NCBI RefSeq assembly: GCF_030028105.1
Contig: NC_092372.1
Location: forward strand, 209,599,898 to 209,663,897
Direction of reading: 5' to 3'
From: Mobula birostris
Taxonomy: Eukaryota
DNA length: 64,000 nt
Of the stretch, positions 26,241-40,350 are shown piece after piece; within the stretch, counting starts at the first letter, position 1, and each line of letters begins with the position of its first letter. A program made the translations under genes and the position numbers. The notes under the pieces are model-generated. The model did no database searches. It saw only the letters and a list, made by a program, of their open reading frames with translations, and was not told the origin of the DNA.

Positions 26241-29234
26241 TTCCTTCTAAACACAAACCATGCCGCGAGTTTAAACCCCCTTTCCCAATGGAAACCTAAA
26301 CTGAGGAGTATCTGGCCAACTGCATTCATTGCAACAGATGGCCGTGGCGCCAAGTCATTGGGTAGATTTAAAGCGGAGGTTGACAGGTTCTAGGGTAGCC
26401 AGGGCGTCAAATGTTACGGGAGAGAAGGCAAGAGAACGGGTTTGAGAGCGATAATAAATCAACCATTGTGGAATGTCGGAGCAGACTCGACGGTTCCAAT
26501 GGCTTAATTCTGCTCCTATAGGTGTTTTATGATCTTATGAATTCAGAGAATCACTGGATCACCCAGAAGGCCATTTGGCCCACTGTGCGTACTAGCAAAA
26601 CACCCATTCCCCCCCCCCCCCACTTGCCTTACAAATGCCTTCAATTTCCTTTCAATGATGGTTCTGCATCCACCGCTGGAGGTGCAAATCAACGAGTAAC
26701 CGCAGCCCCACTCAGCTCTGAACCCACACGCCCTTTGACCACCAACACCCGCTGTCCCTTTAATTGCCCCCGGCGCTTGATGGACGGTTCTCAGGTACAC
26801 GATACATTCTCGGATGAGAGCAGTAACTGTTTGCATTTTCGCGATAGGATGCGCTGATTGAAGCGGTATCAATTTCTCGCAAACTCAGATTAAAACTAGT
26901 GGTCTTTTCCAAACCTCGCATGCAGGCGAAGAGACGACAAAGAATTGGTTTCCTAAGAAAGCTGTCTCTTAGTTTCCTTCTGAAGTAGTTACTATAATTA
27001 ACTAGAGGGGGGAAACCGTGCACAGACACTGATGATTGAAGGGATTTCATACGTATTTTAAATATTCAAGTTGCCCTGACAAGTAAGCGCTAACTATATG
27101 GAGCATAATGACAGCTTTAGTTTGCCTTGCGCACCACTTAACTGCTCTGGATTCTGTAATATTTACATGTGGAAAGTTGAACCAAGCTACCAAATGCAAC
27201 GGTCCCCACAGGCAACCGCAGACAAATAAGATTGCCAGTATTAATAATGGAGACAGTGGTCTTGTAGGCTCGCCCTCAAATTAAATATAACACTGTTTTA
27301 GTGCAAGGCATGAAAATTAACCTGTGTAAACAGAGGTCAGGACGCTTCCCTAAAGGCTGTACAGCGATGACTTAACACTCATTTCCAGGTTCACAAGCCT
27401 ACTCAAAGAGACATCGCCTAACCTCAATCCTAATTTGTTGGTTTAAAAGCAACTGAGGTTGCTGGAGTAGCTTAGCTTAAAAAAAAATGCACTAAACAAA
27501 ATTCATAGAAAGCCCTTGTATAAAATAAAATTACCAGGCAAATATTAATTGGTGACTTTTTAACTACAGATGCAGAAATTCTGAAATACAAGCGGTAATA
27601 GGACTGTAAGACATAGAAGCCGAATGAGGTCATTCGGTCCATCAAGTCTGCTCTGCTGTTCCTTCAAGGTTGATAATCCCCTTCCCCCATCTTCTCCCCG
27701 TAACCTTTAGCACCCTGACCAATCAAGAACCTATCAACCTCCATTTTAAACATACCCAATGACTTGGCCTCCACAGCCATCTGTAACAATGAACTCCACA
27801 GACTCACCACCCTCTGGCTAAAGAAATTCCTCCTCACCTCTGTTCTTAAAATTGGAAATAGTCTGCTGGATCGGCAAAATCAGTGGAGAGGAAAATAGAG
27901 AAGCATTCTGTGTCCAGATGAGGGGTCTCTACCTGAAGCATCACTGTCCATTTCCCTCCATTGATGCTGCCCGACCCACAGAGTTCCTCCCAATTAAACT
28001 AGTTTCTCAGGTGTTGTCTTCAAGCATAGGGTGGCATGGTGGCGCACTGGTTTGCACAACACTGTAACAGTGCCAACAGTACAGGGTCAATTCCCACCAC
28101 TGTCTTTAAGGAGCTTGTTCATTCTCCCTGTAACCATGTGGGTTTCCTCTGGGTGTTCTCATTTCCTCCCACAATCCAAAAATGTACAGGTTAGTAGGTT
28201 AGTTCCTCACGTGAGTGTAATTAGGTAGTATGAGCTCGTTGGACCAAAGAGGCCTGTTACCATTATGTAACTGCACTAAACTGTCCCTCTTCCTCCCTCA
28301 TAGGTGCTGCCTGCCCTGTCGATTATTTTCAGTATTTTCTTTTAACCTGCCCTTCCTCCAGAAGCCAGATTAGAGAATCACGGGAATCAGGTATCATCTC
28401 GTTGCCCGATGGGATACAACATCTGAGACATGGTGGCTCAGCTAGTAGATGTGCCATCTCACAGCACTAAAGACCAGGTTCGATCCTGACCTTGGGTGCT
28501 GACTGTCTGGAGTTTGCATGTTCTACCTGTGACCACATTGGCCTCCTCCTGCACTCCAAAGACATCCTGCTGGTAATTTACTTTACTTAAGCCTATTACC
28601 TCCATTGGTCCAAGGCTGCCTACCGAACCTCACCTGAATCATCTACCAGTCTCTCATGTTGTCTTCAGGTGTAGCCCATCTTCAAAGATCCTTCCTTTCT
28701 CCGGGATGAGATCTTTGGAGCTTCTGTGGCCATTTCTGTAGCTCTGGGTTTTTATGGGATGGGGTTGCTAGCCCCCTGCCCAACCCTCCTCCTTTTACAG
28801 CCGGCTTGGGACTGTCCATGGCAGAGTTAGTTTAACTGGCTGCTGCAGAGTGTTGAGTTAGTGGTAGAATATGGGAGGGGATGATAGGGATGTGGGGAGA
28901 ATAGAATATACAATTGGTCTAGAATTAATAGTCAGCGTAGACTCAGAGGGCTGAATGGCCTACTTCCATACTGTATCTCTTCTTTAAGGTGAACAGAGGA
29001 AAGTATAGGTGGATGATTGAGAGTAGGTGGTGCTTGGAACACATTGCCAGGGTGGTGGCAGATGCAGCTGCATTAGAGATCACCCGGCTGAAAGAAAAAC
29101 GGAGGGTTATGAGCTGTGTAGGAGGGAAGGGTTAGATTGATCATGGAGTCCTTTAAAAGGTTGGCACAGCATCATGAGCCAAAGTGCCCATGCTGCTCAG
29201 TTCTATGTTCAATATTCCATAACTGTCTGACCAG

Positions 29235-30065
29235 TGGTGGACCCTAACTGGCCACCACATTACACGAAGGATGTCGAGGCTTTGGAGAGGGTGCAGATGA
29301 GGATCATCAAGATGCTGCCTGGGTTAGAGGGAATCAGCTAGGCAGAGAGGTTGGACAAACTTAGATTTTTTTCCTCTGGAACAGCAGAGGCTGAAAGGCA
29401 ACCCAGTTAAATTTTATTGAGATTATAAGAGCACAAACAGGGTAAGTGGTCAGATTCTCCTTCCCAGGGTGGAAATGTCAAATACTAGAGGGAATAGCTT
29501 TAAGGTAAGAAGGGGAAAGTGGAAGGACATTTTTATTGCAGTTTCTTTTACACAGAATCAGGTTCAGTATCACTGGCATACAGTACAGACTGCCGTAAAA
29601 TGTATTGTTTTGTGGTAGCAGTACTGTGCCATGCATAAAATTCACTATAAATTAGAATAAGAAATATCTTAAAAATTAAATTAGTGTAAAAACAGAGCAA
29701 CAATGGTGAGGTAGTGTTCAGAAATCTGGTGGTCGAGGAGAAGAAGCTCCTCCTGAAACGGTGAGTGTGTGTCTTGATGCTCCAGTATCTCCTTTTTAAT
29801 GGTAGTAATGGGAAGAGGGCATGTCCCGGTTGGTGGGGTCCTTAATGATAAACGCCGCCTTTTGAAGTAGTAGTAATCTGGAACACGCTGCCTGGGGAAG
29901 TGGGGAAGCAGACATTTAGATAAGACACATGATCAGGCAGGGACCTAAGAGATATAGAGCACATCCAGGCAAACGTGCTGTTTAAATTGGCATCATAGTC
30001 GGTACTTAGATTATGGGACGTGCTTGTTTCTGTGCACCAGTGTTCCGTGCCTCTATGTTCTATAT
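29235..30065 (+). mobile_element. CR1 3' fragment interrupted by a minus-strand Rex1-like 3' end (~29555-29865)
   Basis: CR1-type GGAGAGGGTGCAGATGAGG... breaks at TTTTACACAGA and resumes at AGTAGTAGTAATCTGGAACACGCTGCC. Confidence 0.6.
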
Positions 30066-32527
30066 ACGCTGCCGCTCAGAGTACATTCTTGTCATGGAGT
30101 GGGTTTTGTTTTAACCAGTGTGAGGCTATTCCAAGGCGTTTGAATCCAAATATGTCGCCGCCGCTGATAATTGGGACCAAGTGACTCTCTCTGGGTTTTG
30201 CATGGGAGTGAGTCTGTCCTTTCACGTTCCGCGTTTATCACAGCCTCAAACAAACTTTGTCTTCTCAAAACAATCGTAGCAATCGGGCAGGGTAGATCCT
30301 GATAACAGGAGTCAAGGTCCCGTCTTTGGTTAAATGACACGTAGGGTTGATGATTAATGAGCGCTGGTCTCCAACTCCTGGGAAAGATGCCTCAGAATCC
30401 AGGAGTCTCACTAAATTCTTTTCAGCTCCGGAAACGTTTCAAGATTCAAGATGGTTTATTGTCATTCTTCAGAACACGAGTATTACGGGGAATAAATGCG
30501 AATCTGGATGCGGTGCAGCACAATAAGTGTGAAGAACCCGAACAAACACGATCATCTCAAGTATAAAAGCAAACCTATAAAAACAAGTTGCCAGCTAGAT
30601 CGAGCACAAAGAATCTCGATAGATGTGCCCCAGATTTATAAGAGCAGCATGCTATATATAGGGCAAGCGATTGGGATGGAATATATTTCAGAACATTGAG
30701 ATATTCCCCATTTCCACCGTGTGTCACCATCAGCATGAGAATCTACGACACTAAGTTACTGTCCTGCTGTTCCGTCAAGTGTGTATCCTCACACCAGACT
30801 TATGTTCATGCAGCACACGCAAAAGACTCCAGACTCCAGAATCGTGGACTCCTACCAGGTTCTCATTTTCCAGAAGGAATCAGTCCTGGAGTCAACTGGA
30901 AGTGGAATGAGCTCTGGATTCGTGGGAATGATTCCCGATTTGTGGGGATGAGCTTCAGATTTGGATTCGGTGAGCTAGCAGAAACAAACGCGTTCCGTGC
31001 TCCTTGAATGATTGAAATGTACAGCAGAGAAAGAGGCCATTCAGTCCATCGTCTTCCTGCAAAGATTTTTATGAGGAAACTCTTTTAAATAAAACGTTGA
31101 CTCGGAGATGGCAAAATGCTGCAGAAACGTTGAGGAAATTGAGCCAATCGGCACAGAGAGAACGGTGAGGCTTCAGCTCCTCCGGACCCACAAGTTTCAT
31201 GGATAGCTTGTGCGAGATACTGGAGTATGAGACCATAACTCGGGATGCGAGATGCATGCAGAAGCGCGAGTCTCACTCTAAGTTAGCCCTAAATTTAAAT
31301 TGGAAGATGAATGAGGCACACTTAACTGGCCTCCCCTGGATTTTCCTAAACATAGAACAGTACAGTACAGGCCCATGATGGTGTGCCAACCCATTGATCT
31401 ATCTAAGGTCGCTCTAACCCCTCCCTGCCACATGGACCAATAGAACACAGATACCTTGCTGTTTAACTCAGACTGCGTCTCATCATCCCCGGGGCTGCCA
31501 ACTAGCACCAGCTCCCCCACTAAGCAATGCCTCCACTTTAACCTTTACATCCGCCTCTACAGATCCCTGGATGGGCTCAGTCCGTCTTCTCTCGGCCGCA
31601 TCCCCTCCCTCTCGCCGTATTATCCTCCAATCCCAACTCACAAATCACATATCTGTGCTCCCCGGCTTCTTGTTCGCCCTTTTTTTCTATCAACTTTTGT
31701 TTCGCTGCATCAGATTTATAATACTGTATGCTTGAAGTTACTATTGTAGTCAAAAACCCTGAACTGAGCGATGCCTCCATCGTACCGCATGGAAAGAGGC
31801 CCTTCTGCCCAGCAAGTCCATGCTAACCATCGATCAGCTACCTATCTGAATTTCTTTAGCCAGATGGTAGTGAATCGGTGAAATTCGCCGCCACAGTTGA
31901 CTGGATTTATTTTATTTTATTTTATTCAGCGAAACAGCAAGGGGTATTTATTTTACTCCGTGATACGGCATCTTCCGGCCCTTCAGGCCACGTTGCCCCA
32001 GCAACCCCACAACCCCAATTAACCTTAATCAAACCACAGGACAGTTTTACAATAACCATTGAACCTACCCGGTACATCTTTGCACTTTGGGAAGAAACCA
32101 GAACACCCAGGGAAACAGACACACTTCGCACAGGGAGGCTGTACGGAGACTCCGGCACCGGAATTGATCTTCAAACTTCGGAATGCCCCATCGCGCTCGC
32201 CGCTACGCCACTGACACACTGGCTATATTTAAAGCAGCGGTTGATAGGTTCTTCATTAGTAAGGGTGTCAAAGGCTGTGGGGAGAAATCAGGAGAACGGG
32301 GTTGAGAGGGATCATAATTCAGCCCTGGTGGAATGGTGGAGCAGGCTGCACGGGCAGAACAGCCTAATTCTGCACCTATAACCAGCAATAAAATTAACAG
32401 GTTCCCATTTAAAAACTTCTTATTTCCAAAATCTATTGAAATGTATTACTGTTTTTATTTGTTTTAAGTTTACCAACAGACAGAAATTTAATCAAGAAGC
32501 ATACTTGTGGCTTAAACCAAAAATTAA

Positions 32528-35212
32528 TGGTAATGCCTTCACCATCGTTTTGGGAGATTTTAACCAGGCCAGTCTGAAAAAAATTACTAAGCAACTACTA
32601 TCAACAGATCATTTGCAATACCAGAGGAAACAACACACTGGACCATTGCTACACCACCATCAAGAATGCCTACTGTACTATTCAACGCCCTCACTTCAGG
32701 AAGTCTGGTCACCTGGCTGTATTTCTACTCCCTGAGTATAGGCAGAGACTGAAGACTGCAGCACCAGCAGTGAGGGCCAAGAAGGTTTGGACAAGGGAAG
32801 CACAGGAGTGCCTACAGGACTGCTTTGAATCAGTGGACTGGACTGTGTTCAGGGATTCATTTTTGAACCTGGATGAGTGTGCTGCAGTTGTTACCGACTT
32901 CATTAAAACCTGTGTGGATGAGTGTGTGCCTACAAAGACTTACTGTACATTCCCAAACCAAAAGCTGTGGATGAACCAGGAGGTACATCGTCTACTGAAG
33001 GCTAGATCTGTGGCATTCAAGTCTGGCAACCCAGGCCTGTACCAGAAAACCAGGTATGATTTGCAGAGGGCTATTTCAGGGGTGAAGAGACAATTTCAAA
33101 CGAGGTTGGCGGCGATATTGGATGCACGGCAACTCTGGCAGAGTTTGCAGGACATTACTTCCTACAAAACGAAACCCAATAGTATGAATGGCGGCGATGC
33201 TTCACTACCAGATGAACTCAACACCTTCAGAACGAGGGGTCACAGTTTGAGGATAAAGGGAAGCCTCTTAGGACTGAGATTAGGAAAAACTTCTTCACAC
33301 AGAGAGTGGTGAATCTGTGGAATTCTCTGCCACAGGAAACAGTTGAGGCCAGTTCATTGGCTATATTTAAGAGGGAGTTAGATATGGCCCTTGTGGCTAA
33401 AAGGATCAGCGGGTATGAAGGGAAGGCTGGTACAGGGTTCTGAGTTGGATGATCAGCCATGATCATACTGAATGGCGGTGCAGGCTCGAAGGGCCGAATG
33501 GCCTACTCCTGCACTTACTTTCTATGTTTCTATACACGATTTGAAAAGGAGAACACAACTACAGCTGTGAAGATCCCTGCTGCACCTGATGACCCTGTGA
33601 TCTCCGTCTCAGAGGCCGATGTTAGACTGTCTTCAAAGAGAGTGAACTCTCACAAGGTGGAATGTCCAGCTGGAGTACCTGGTAAGGCTCTGAAAACCTG
33701 TGCCAACCAACTAGTGGGAGTATTCAAGGACATTTTCAACCTCTTACTGCTACGGGTGGAAGTTCCCACTGGCATCAAAAAGGCAACAGTTCTACCAGTG
33801 CCTAAGAAGAATAATGTGAGCTGCCTTAATGACTATCACCCGGCAGCACTCACATCTACAGTGATGAAATGCTTTGAGAGGTTGGCCATGACTAGACTGA
33901 ACTCCTGCCTCGGCAAGGACCTGGACCCATTGCAATTTGCCTATCGCCACAATAGGTCAACGGCAGACACAATCTCAATGGCTCTCCACAAGGCTTTAGA
34001 CCACCTGGACAACACAAGCACCTTCTTCAGGATGCTGTTCTTCAACCATAGCTCAGCATTTAATACCATCATTCCCATAATCCTGTTTGAGAAGTTGCAG
34101 AACCTGGACCTCTGTACCTCCCTCTGCAATTGGATCCTCAACTTCCTAAATGGAAGACCACAACCTGTGCAGACTGGTGATAACATATCCTCCTCACAGA
34201 TGATCAACACTGGTGCACCTCAAAGGTGTGTGCTTAGCCCACTGCTCTACTCTCTATATACATATAGCTGTGTGGCTAGGCATAGCTCAAATACTATCTA
34301 TAAATTTGCTGATGATACAGCCATTGTAGGTAGAATCTCAGGTGCTGATGAGAGGACGTACAGGAGTGAGATATGCCAACTAGTGGAGTGGTGCCACAGC
34401 AACAACCTGGCACTCAATGTCAGTAAGATGAAAGAGCTGATTGTGGACTTCAGGAAAGGTAAGATGAAGGAACACATACCAATCCTCATAGAGGGATCGG
34501 AAGTGGAGAGAGTGAGCAGCTTCAAGTTCCTGGGTGTCAATATCTCTGATGATCTGACCTGGTCCCAATATATCAATGTAGTTATAAAGAAGGCAAGACA
34601 GCGGCTATACTTTATTAGGAGTTTGAAGAGATTTGGTACGTCAACAAATACACTCAAAAACTTCTATAGTTGTACTGTGGAGAGCATTCTGACAGGCTGC
34701 ATCACTGTCTGGTATGGAGGGGCTACTGCACAGGACTGAAAGAAGCTGCAGAAGGTTGTAAATCTAGTCAGCTCCATCTTGGGTACTAGCCTACAAAGCA
34801 CCCAGGACATCTTTAGGGACCAGTGTCTCAGAGAGGCAGCGTCCATTATTAAGGACCTCCAGCACCCAGGGCATGCCCTTTTCTCACTGTTACCATTAGG
34901 TAGGAGGTACAGAAGCCTGAAGACACACACTCAGGGATTCAGGAACGGCTTCTTCCCCTCTGCCATCCGATTCCTAAATGGACATTGAATCCTTGAACAC
35001 TACCTCACTTTTTTTTTAATATACAGTGTTTCTGTTTTTGCATGTTTTAATCTATTCAATATATGTAATTGATTTGCTTATTTATTGATTATTATAATTT
35101 TTATTTTATTTATTTATTTTTCTCTGTTAGATTATGTATTGCATTGAACTGCTGCTGCTAAATTAACAAATTTCACGTCACATGCCAGTTATAATAAAGC
35201 TGATTCTGATTT
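32528..35212 (+). mobile_element. Rex1/Babar-like LINE, 5'-truncated, degenerate EN-RT ORF
   Basis: IVLGDFN (EN), PVPKK...LNDYHPAALTSTVMKCFERL, LDPLQFAYR, TGAPQRCVLSPLLYSLYT, YKFADDT (RT). Ends AATAAA-GCTGATTCTGATT. Contains a CR1 insert. Confidence 0.92.
33229..33530 (+). mobile_element. Young CR1 3' end inserted into the Rex1 ORF
   Basis: Splits Rex1 DELNTF|YTRFEKE. TTCTATGT tail. Nearly identical to 51650-51944. Confidence 0.9.
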
Positions 35213-35236
35213 GATGATTTGGTTTAGTGGACTCTT

Positions 35237-35270
35237 AGCGCCACCTGCTGTGGAGAACGTGCAATGCAGC
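35237..35270 (-). promoter_or_regulatory. CTCF-like binding site
   Basis: Minus strand reads GCTGCATTGCACGTTCTCC-ACAGCAGGTGGCGCT: a near-consensus core (CCAGCAGGTGGCGC, one mismatch) plus an upstream TGCA-containing module. Confidence 0.55.
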
Positions 35271-38200
35271 AGTGGCAGGCATCTGACGCTTACTCCAAAC
35301 AGTACCAAGATACAGCTAACTTAAAAAAGTCCAAACTATCCGATCAGGAGACCAACTGCCCTTCCATGCTGCCACTCATGGTTGTTGTTATAGCCCATAG
35401 GTAGAAATTCTACATCCAGATTGATCGAGGCAATACTCCTAGAACCAGAATCCAAATAATGTGAGATCTTTAGCATCCAAGAGGTTCACTCAGACTGAAA
35501 GACTGAGGGCTGGTGGTCCTGATGGATCTTATGTAGACACACAAAGCTGAGCAAACCTATACTGCACATCCTCTGGGGTTCACTTCTGACCTCTGGTGCT
35601 CCCTTTTTGGAAAGGCACATTCTCCTTGACACCGTGTGGGTGAAAAAGTTGCTCCTCAGGTTCCTATTAAATTTTCCCCCCTCACCTTAAGCTTCTTCCT
35701 TCTGGATTTTGATTACAAAATCCTGGCAAACAGACAGTGTCTCTACTCTGCATGAATTTATATGCCACGGTGAGATCACCCCTCATTCTCCTGCTTCAAC
35801 CTGCTCAACATTTCTCCATAATTCAGTCCCTCAAGACTTGGGAACATCCTCCTAAATCTCTTCTGCACTTTTTCCAACTTACTAACATCTCTAAGCCTAC
35901 TGCACTTCAAGCTGTCCATGGACAGAATGGTTATTTTCCCAATTGATATCATTTTACGGGATATGGACAAAGGCAGCACACACAGCAATGACTTGATGTG
36001 AAAATGAGATCTTGAGCTTCATTCTGTCCGCAACCCGCGGGTCTTGCTTTCCTGTTGGTGCAGAGGACACAGATTTGAGGTTTAGAGGGAATCTGAGGAA
36101 CAGGCAGGACTTGAGGGAGTGATGGAGGCAGGTACACTCACAATATTTAAGGAGCATTTAGCTGAGTGCTCGAAACGCCATGGCTTTAAGATACAAGTGC
36201 TGGAAAGCAGCATTAGTATAAATGGGTTCTTGGTGGGTAAGAATGGACTTGATGGAGCGAAGAGCCATCTGCAGCGCATCACTGGCACCAGCCTATTTGC
36301 CATCATGGATATATGGTATACAGAGAAAGACAGAAAAAGACACACAATGTCATGAAGGATCCCACCCACCCTGCTAATGAACCGTTTGTCCCACTCCCAT
36401 CAGGGAAGAGGCTGCACAGCTTCCACACCAGGACCACAAGATTCAAAAAAAGGTTTCTTCCCCCAAGCCATCAGACTGGTGAACGCTCCCACCAAAACAC
36501 TTCCCACCACCGCTATTTTATCAATTCCTGTCAGAGTCACCTCATGTACAGACACTCCTGTACCCAGCATCACTTTATGTTCATACAAATCATCTTATGG
36601 ATATATGACCATATTCAAATAGTTACTCATAAATTGTGCTTATTGGATTGCTTTTATATTTCTACTTATTATGCTTTTTTTACTGTGTTCTTTATGCTTA
36701 TAGTGTGTTCTGTTTAGTTGAATAGGATGCAAAGTAACAACCATTTTGTTCTCCTTTACAATGTGTACTGAAGAATGACAATCTTGAATCATGAATCCGG
36801 TGTGACTCCACGACTCCCTGATATGCAACAGATTGCCCTCCGAATCTCTAGCAAGAGACTGTGCCCTGCCCACTGCCCAGACACACCACCCGCCCAACCG
36901 CCCAGGACACAGGGCAAAGGAGCCACTGGGCAAATGAACCGGCGTTCCGCACCCGGGGAATGTCCTGTGTAGGCAGGATGGTCTCCTGGCTGTGCCAGAT
37001 GAGGAGGAAGTTATTCAGTGAGACGGTGATGAATCTGTGGAATTCATTGCCACAGATGCCGGAGGAGACATATTTAAAGCAGAGGATGATAGGCTCTCGA
37101 TTAGTAAGGGCCTCAAAGGTTACAGGAAGAAAACAGGAGAATGGGATTGAACAGCATAATAAAACAGTCATGACAGAATGATGGACTAGGCTCGATGGGC
37201 CGATAGGCCTAATTGTACTCGTACAGTATGTCTCATGGTCTCATTCCTCACAGTATGGTATGGTAGTGCAGCAGATAGCGAAATAATTCACAGTGCAAGC
37301 AGTAAGATGGGGTTTCAATTCCACCCCCCCCCCAACACCCCACTGTCTGTGAGGAGTTTTTACATTATCACTGTGACCATGTGGGTTCCTCCAGGGGTTC
37401 TGGTATCGAGGACATGTGGATTAGGGTTTATATGCTGTGGGCATGCTATTTTGGCACTCGAACTCTGGCCACACTTCTGGGCTGCACCCAGTATATGGGG
37501 AGTGTGTTGGTCTTCAGCACAAACAACGCATTTCACTGTATCTTTCGATGTACACTTCACAAATTAAACCATCTCTTTTCTTTCATTTCTTTAGCCAATA
37601 GTTTTGAACGCAGTATAAATGGCAATATCTGATTTACCTCACAGGACACAGTTCCAACCCATTGACCTTGGTCAGAATGCTACTGATTACTGAGTTCTGC
37701 AGATTAATCGTTATGTTACTGGATTAGATGTCTTTAAATACATCTGGAATAAAATGCTAGGATCAGTTATGATGACTATGAATTACCAGAGTGCTACAAA
37801 CCTAACAGGTTCAATGTATGGTCCAAAGATAAGAAATATTCTATCCTTGTCTGGTTTGACCTGTATCTTACTCCAGACTCACCAATGCATCCTTTGAACC
37901 AGTCTCACAACACGTTCGTTTCAGGGAGCTACTAAGGATGGATATTGACATCTTCTGATTGAATGCAAGGTATGGTTGAATTCCATTGAATTATAATTGG
38001 AGAGTCACTGGCCTGAAAAGTACCTTCTTAGTAGTTCCAGAGGGAATTGCCTGTTATATTCTCCTTGCAGGCCAGCTGGTCTCTGACTTCTGCATTTGTA
38101 CTGAGAGCATAGACCAACTAGAGGCTATATGCTGACACAGCTGACTGCACACTCCAGCGCTAGACTCAGGACTTCTCAAAGTACAAACTTCTCAATTGAG

Positions 38201-39622
38201 AGAGCGGATGCATTTCACACCTGGCTCCTCAGTTTACCCTGGCTGGTGTATATAATGCACCCCACATACGTGAAAGAATAACCGGTCTGGTAATTGTAGA
38301 TAAGTGCTTTACATTCTTCTTTTCACTTAAACAATATTTAAATTATAGCACGTAAATGCATTTTAAGTAAACTTATCACTTTATAATTTTTAAGTTTTCT
38401 TTTGAACTGTTTTTAAATGTATTTGATCATCAGAAGCATTTTAAAGCATTTCAAAGGCAGTCAAACTTCTCACAAGTTGGCCATAAATGGTAGACCTCAA
38501 GACACGTAGAACATTGGGATCACAAAACGTGAGTATGGATGCAGGATTACCTTCTGGTGAAGCATGGGATGTGGGCCATATCAGGTACAGTTCAGCACAA
38601 TATCACTTAAGGGGCACTAACTGCATTTGGGCATATCTTCATTACTTCAGCTCAAGTTATATTCCTTAGTAAATAGGAATAAGAACAGGATTTAGCTCAA
38701 CATAAACATGAAGGTAAGCTTAATCTGTCACATGTACATTGAACCGTTAAAGCATACAGTGAAATACGTCACTTATGTCTACAGTCTACACAGTTCAGGG
38801 ATGTGCCTGTAAGTGTCTCCATGCTTCCGGTGCCAACATAGTATGCACACGTACAAATCCTAACATGACATCTTCGGAATGTGGGAGGAAACTGGAAAAC
38901 CCAGAGGAAATCCTCCCAGTCACGGGAAGAACATACAACCTCCTTACAGACAGTGGCAGGAATTGAACCCAGGCCGCTGCTGGTGAGAAGTTTTACACAA
39001 ACGGCTATGTTACCATGTCGTCCGTTCTCAGCCAGATTTTCCTGAAATTCACATCCCTGCCTGATTTCTAGTACTCCCAATTCCGAAAGCACGCGGCGAC
39101 GAACGCTCAGTTACTGAGCTGCTAATGCCTCTGGTGAAGAGTCAGAGATCTTTGGGTGAAGAGGTTTCTTCCCAACTCAGTTTGTGACCCTTCACCCTGA
39201 CGTTATGCCCCCAGTTCTGCTCCCCTCCCTAAGGAAATAGTTTCTCACCATCTACTACTCCTGCCTCTTAAAATCATTGTCAGTTTTGATGAGATTATCT
39301 TTCATTCTTCCAAACTATAGCGAACATGGACAAACTCTGGTCAAACACTCCCCATAGTAAAGCCCTTGAGCCTCAGAATTACATAAGAAAACAGGAGGAC
39401 AAGGCCACACTGCTCTTGAAGCCTGCCCTGCCTTTCAATATAATTACGGTTGATCTGTCTCAGTCCTCATCTCTTTAAGCATATGGTCTAGTCATTAGCC
39501 TAATGAGGCATATACACCACCTCTGCTGCAGTTGTCTCCTTGTTTCCAAATCCAGAAAGGCTTTGTTAATCTAAGTAGCCCCTTGCTATTAAGAATAATG
39601 TACAAATTTCCTACCTAATTGT

Positions 39623-39925
39623 GTGGGCACCTGCCCAAGTGGTTAGGGCATTGGACTAGCGACCTGAAGGTCGTGAGTTCGAGCCCCAGCCGAGGCAACG
39701 TGTTATGTCCTTGAGCGAGGCACTTAATCACACATTGCTCTGCGACGACACTGGTGCCAAGCTGTATGGGTCCTAATGCCCTTCCCTTGAACAACATCGA
39801 TGTCATGGAGAGGGGAGACTTGCAGCTGGTCTTCCATACAACCTTGCCCAGGCCTGCGCCCTGGAGAGTGAAGACTTTCCAGGCGCAGATCCATGGTCTC
39901 ACAAGACTAACGGATGCCTTTATTA
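39623..39925 (+). mobile_element. tRNA-head SINE with CORE-like middle
   Basis: A box TGCCCAAGTGG, B box GAGTTCGAGCC, TGTCCTTGAGCGAGGCACTTAA middle and short TTTATTATT tail. Confidence 0.8.
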
Positions 39926-40350
39926 TTCATGCTTGCTGGTAACTTTATTTCATCTTTAGGTGCACGGTAGCGGAGTGGTTAGCACAGCACTTTAGAATAC
40001 TAGCGACCCAGGTTCAATTCCAGTCGCTGTCTGTAAGGAGTTTGTACGCTCTCCCTGTGAAAGCACGAGTTTCCTCCAGGTGCTCCCACAGTACCGGTTG
40101 GTAGGTTAAATGGCGATTTTAAATTGCCCTGTGGTCCCACGGTGAAATCAGGGATTGCAGGATGACATGGAAGAGCCTATTCAGCACTGTATCTCAATAA
40201 ATAACAATTAAAATAAATAAATAAATAAAAATCTTTAAGCACCAAAATTTAATGGTTTCTCGTTGTTCAAAGTTCAATACAAATTTATTATCGAAGTACA
40301 TTTCTGTCACCAGATACAACCCTGAGATTTGTCTGCTCGTGGGCATTAAG

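Noticed and set aside
33459-34739. 426-aa ORF as a host gene or active reverse transcriptase
   Set aside because: Chance fusion of a CR1 3'UTR to a decayed Rex1 RT, with damaged motifs and a premature stop.
39623-39695. tRNA gene
   Set aside because: A and B boxes are present, but the sequence continues into a SINE body and has a related SINE copy at 52250-52459.
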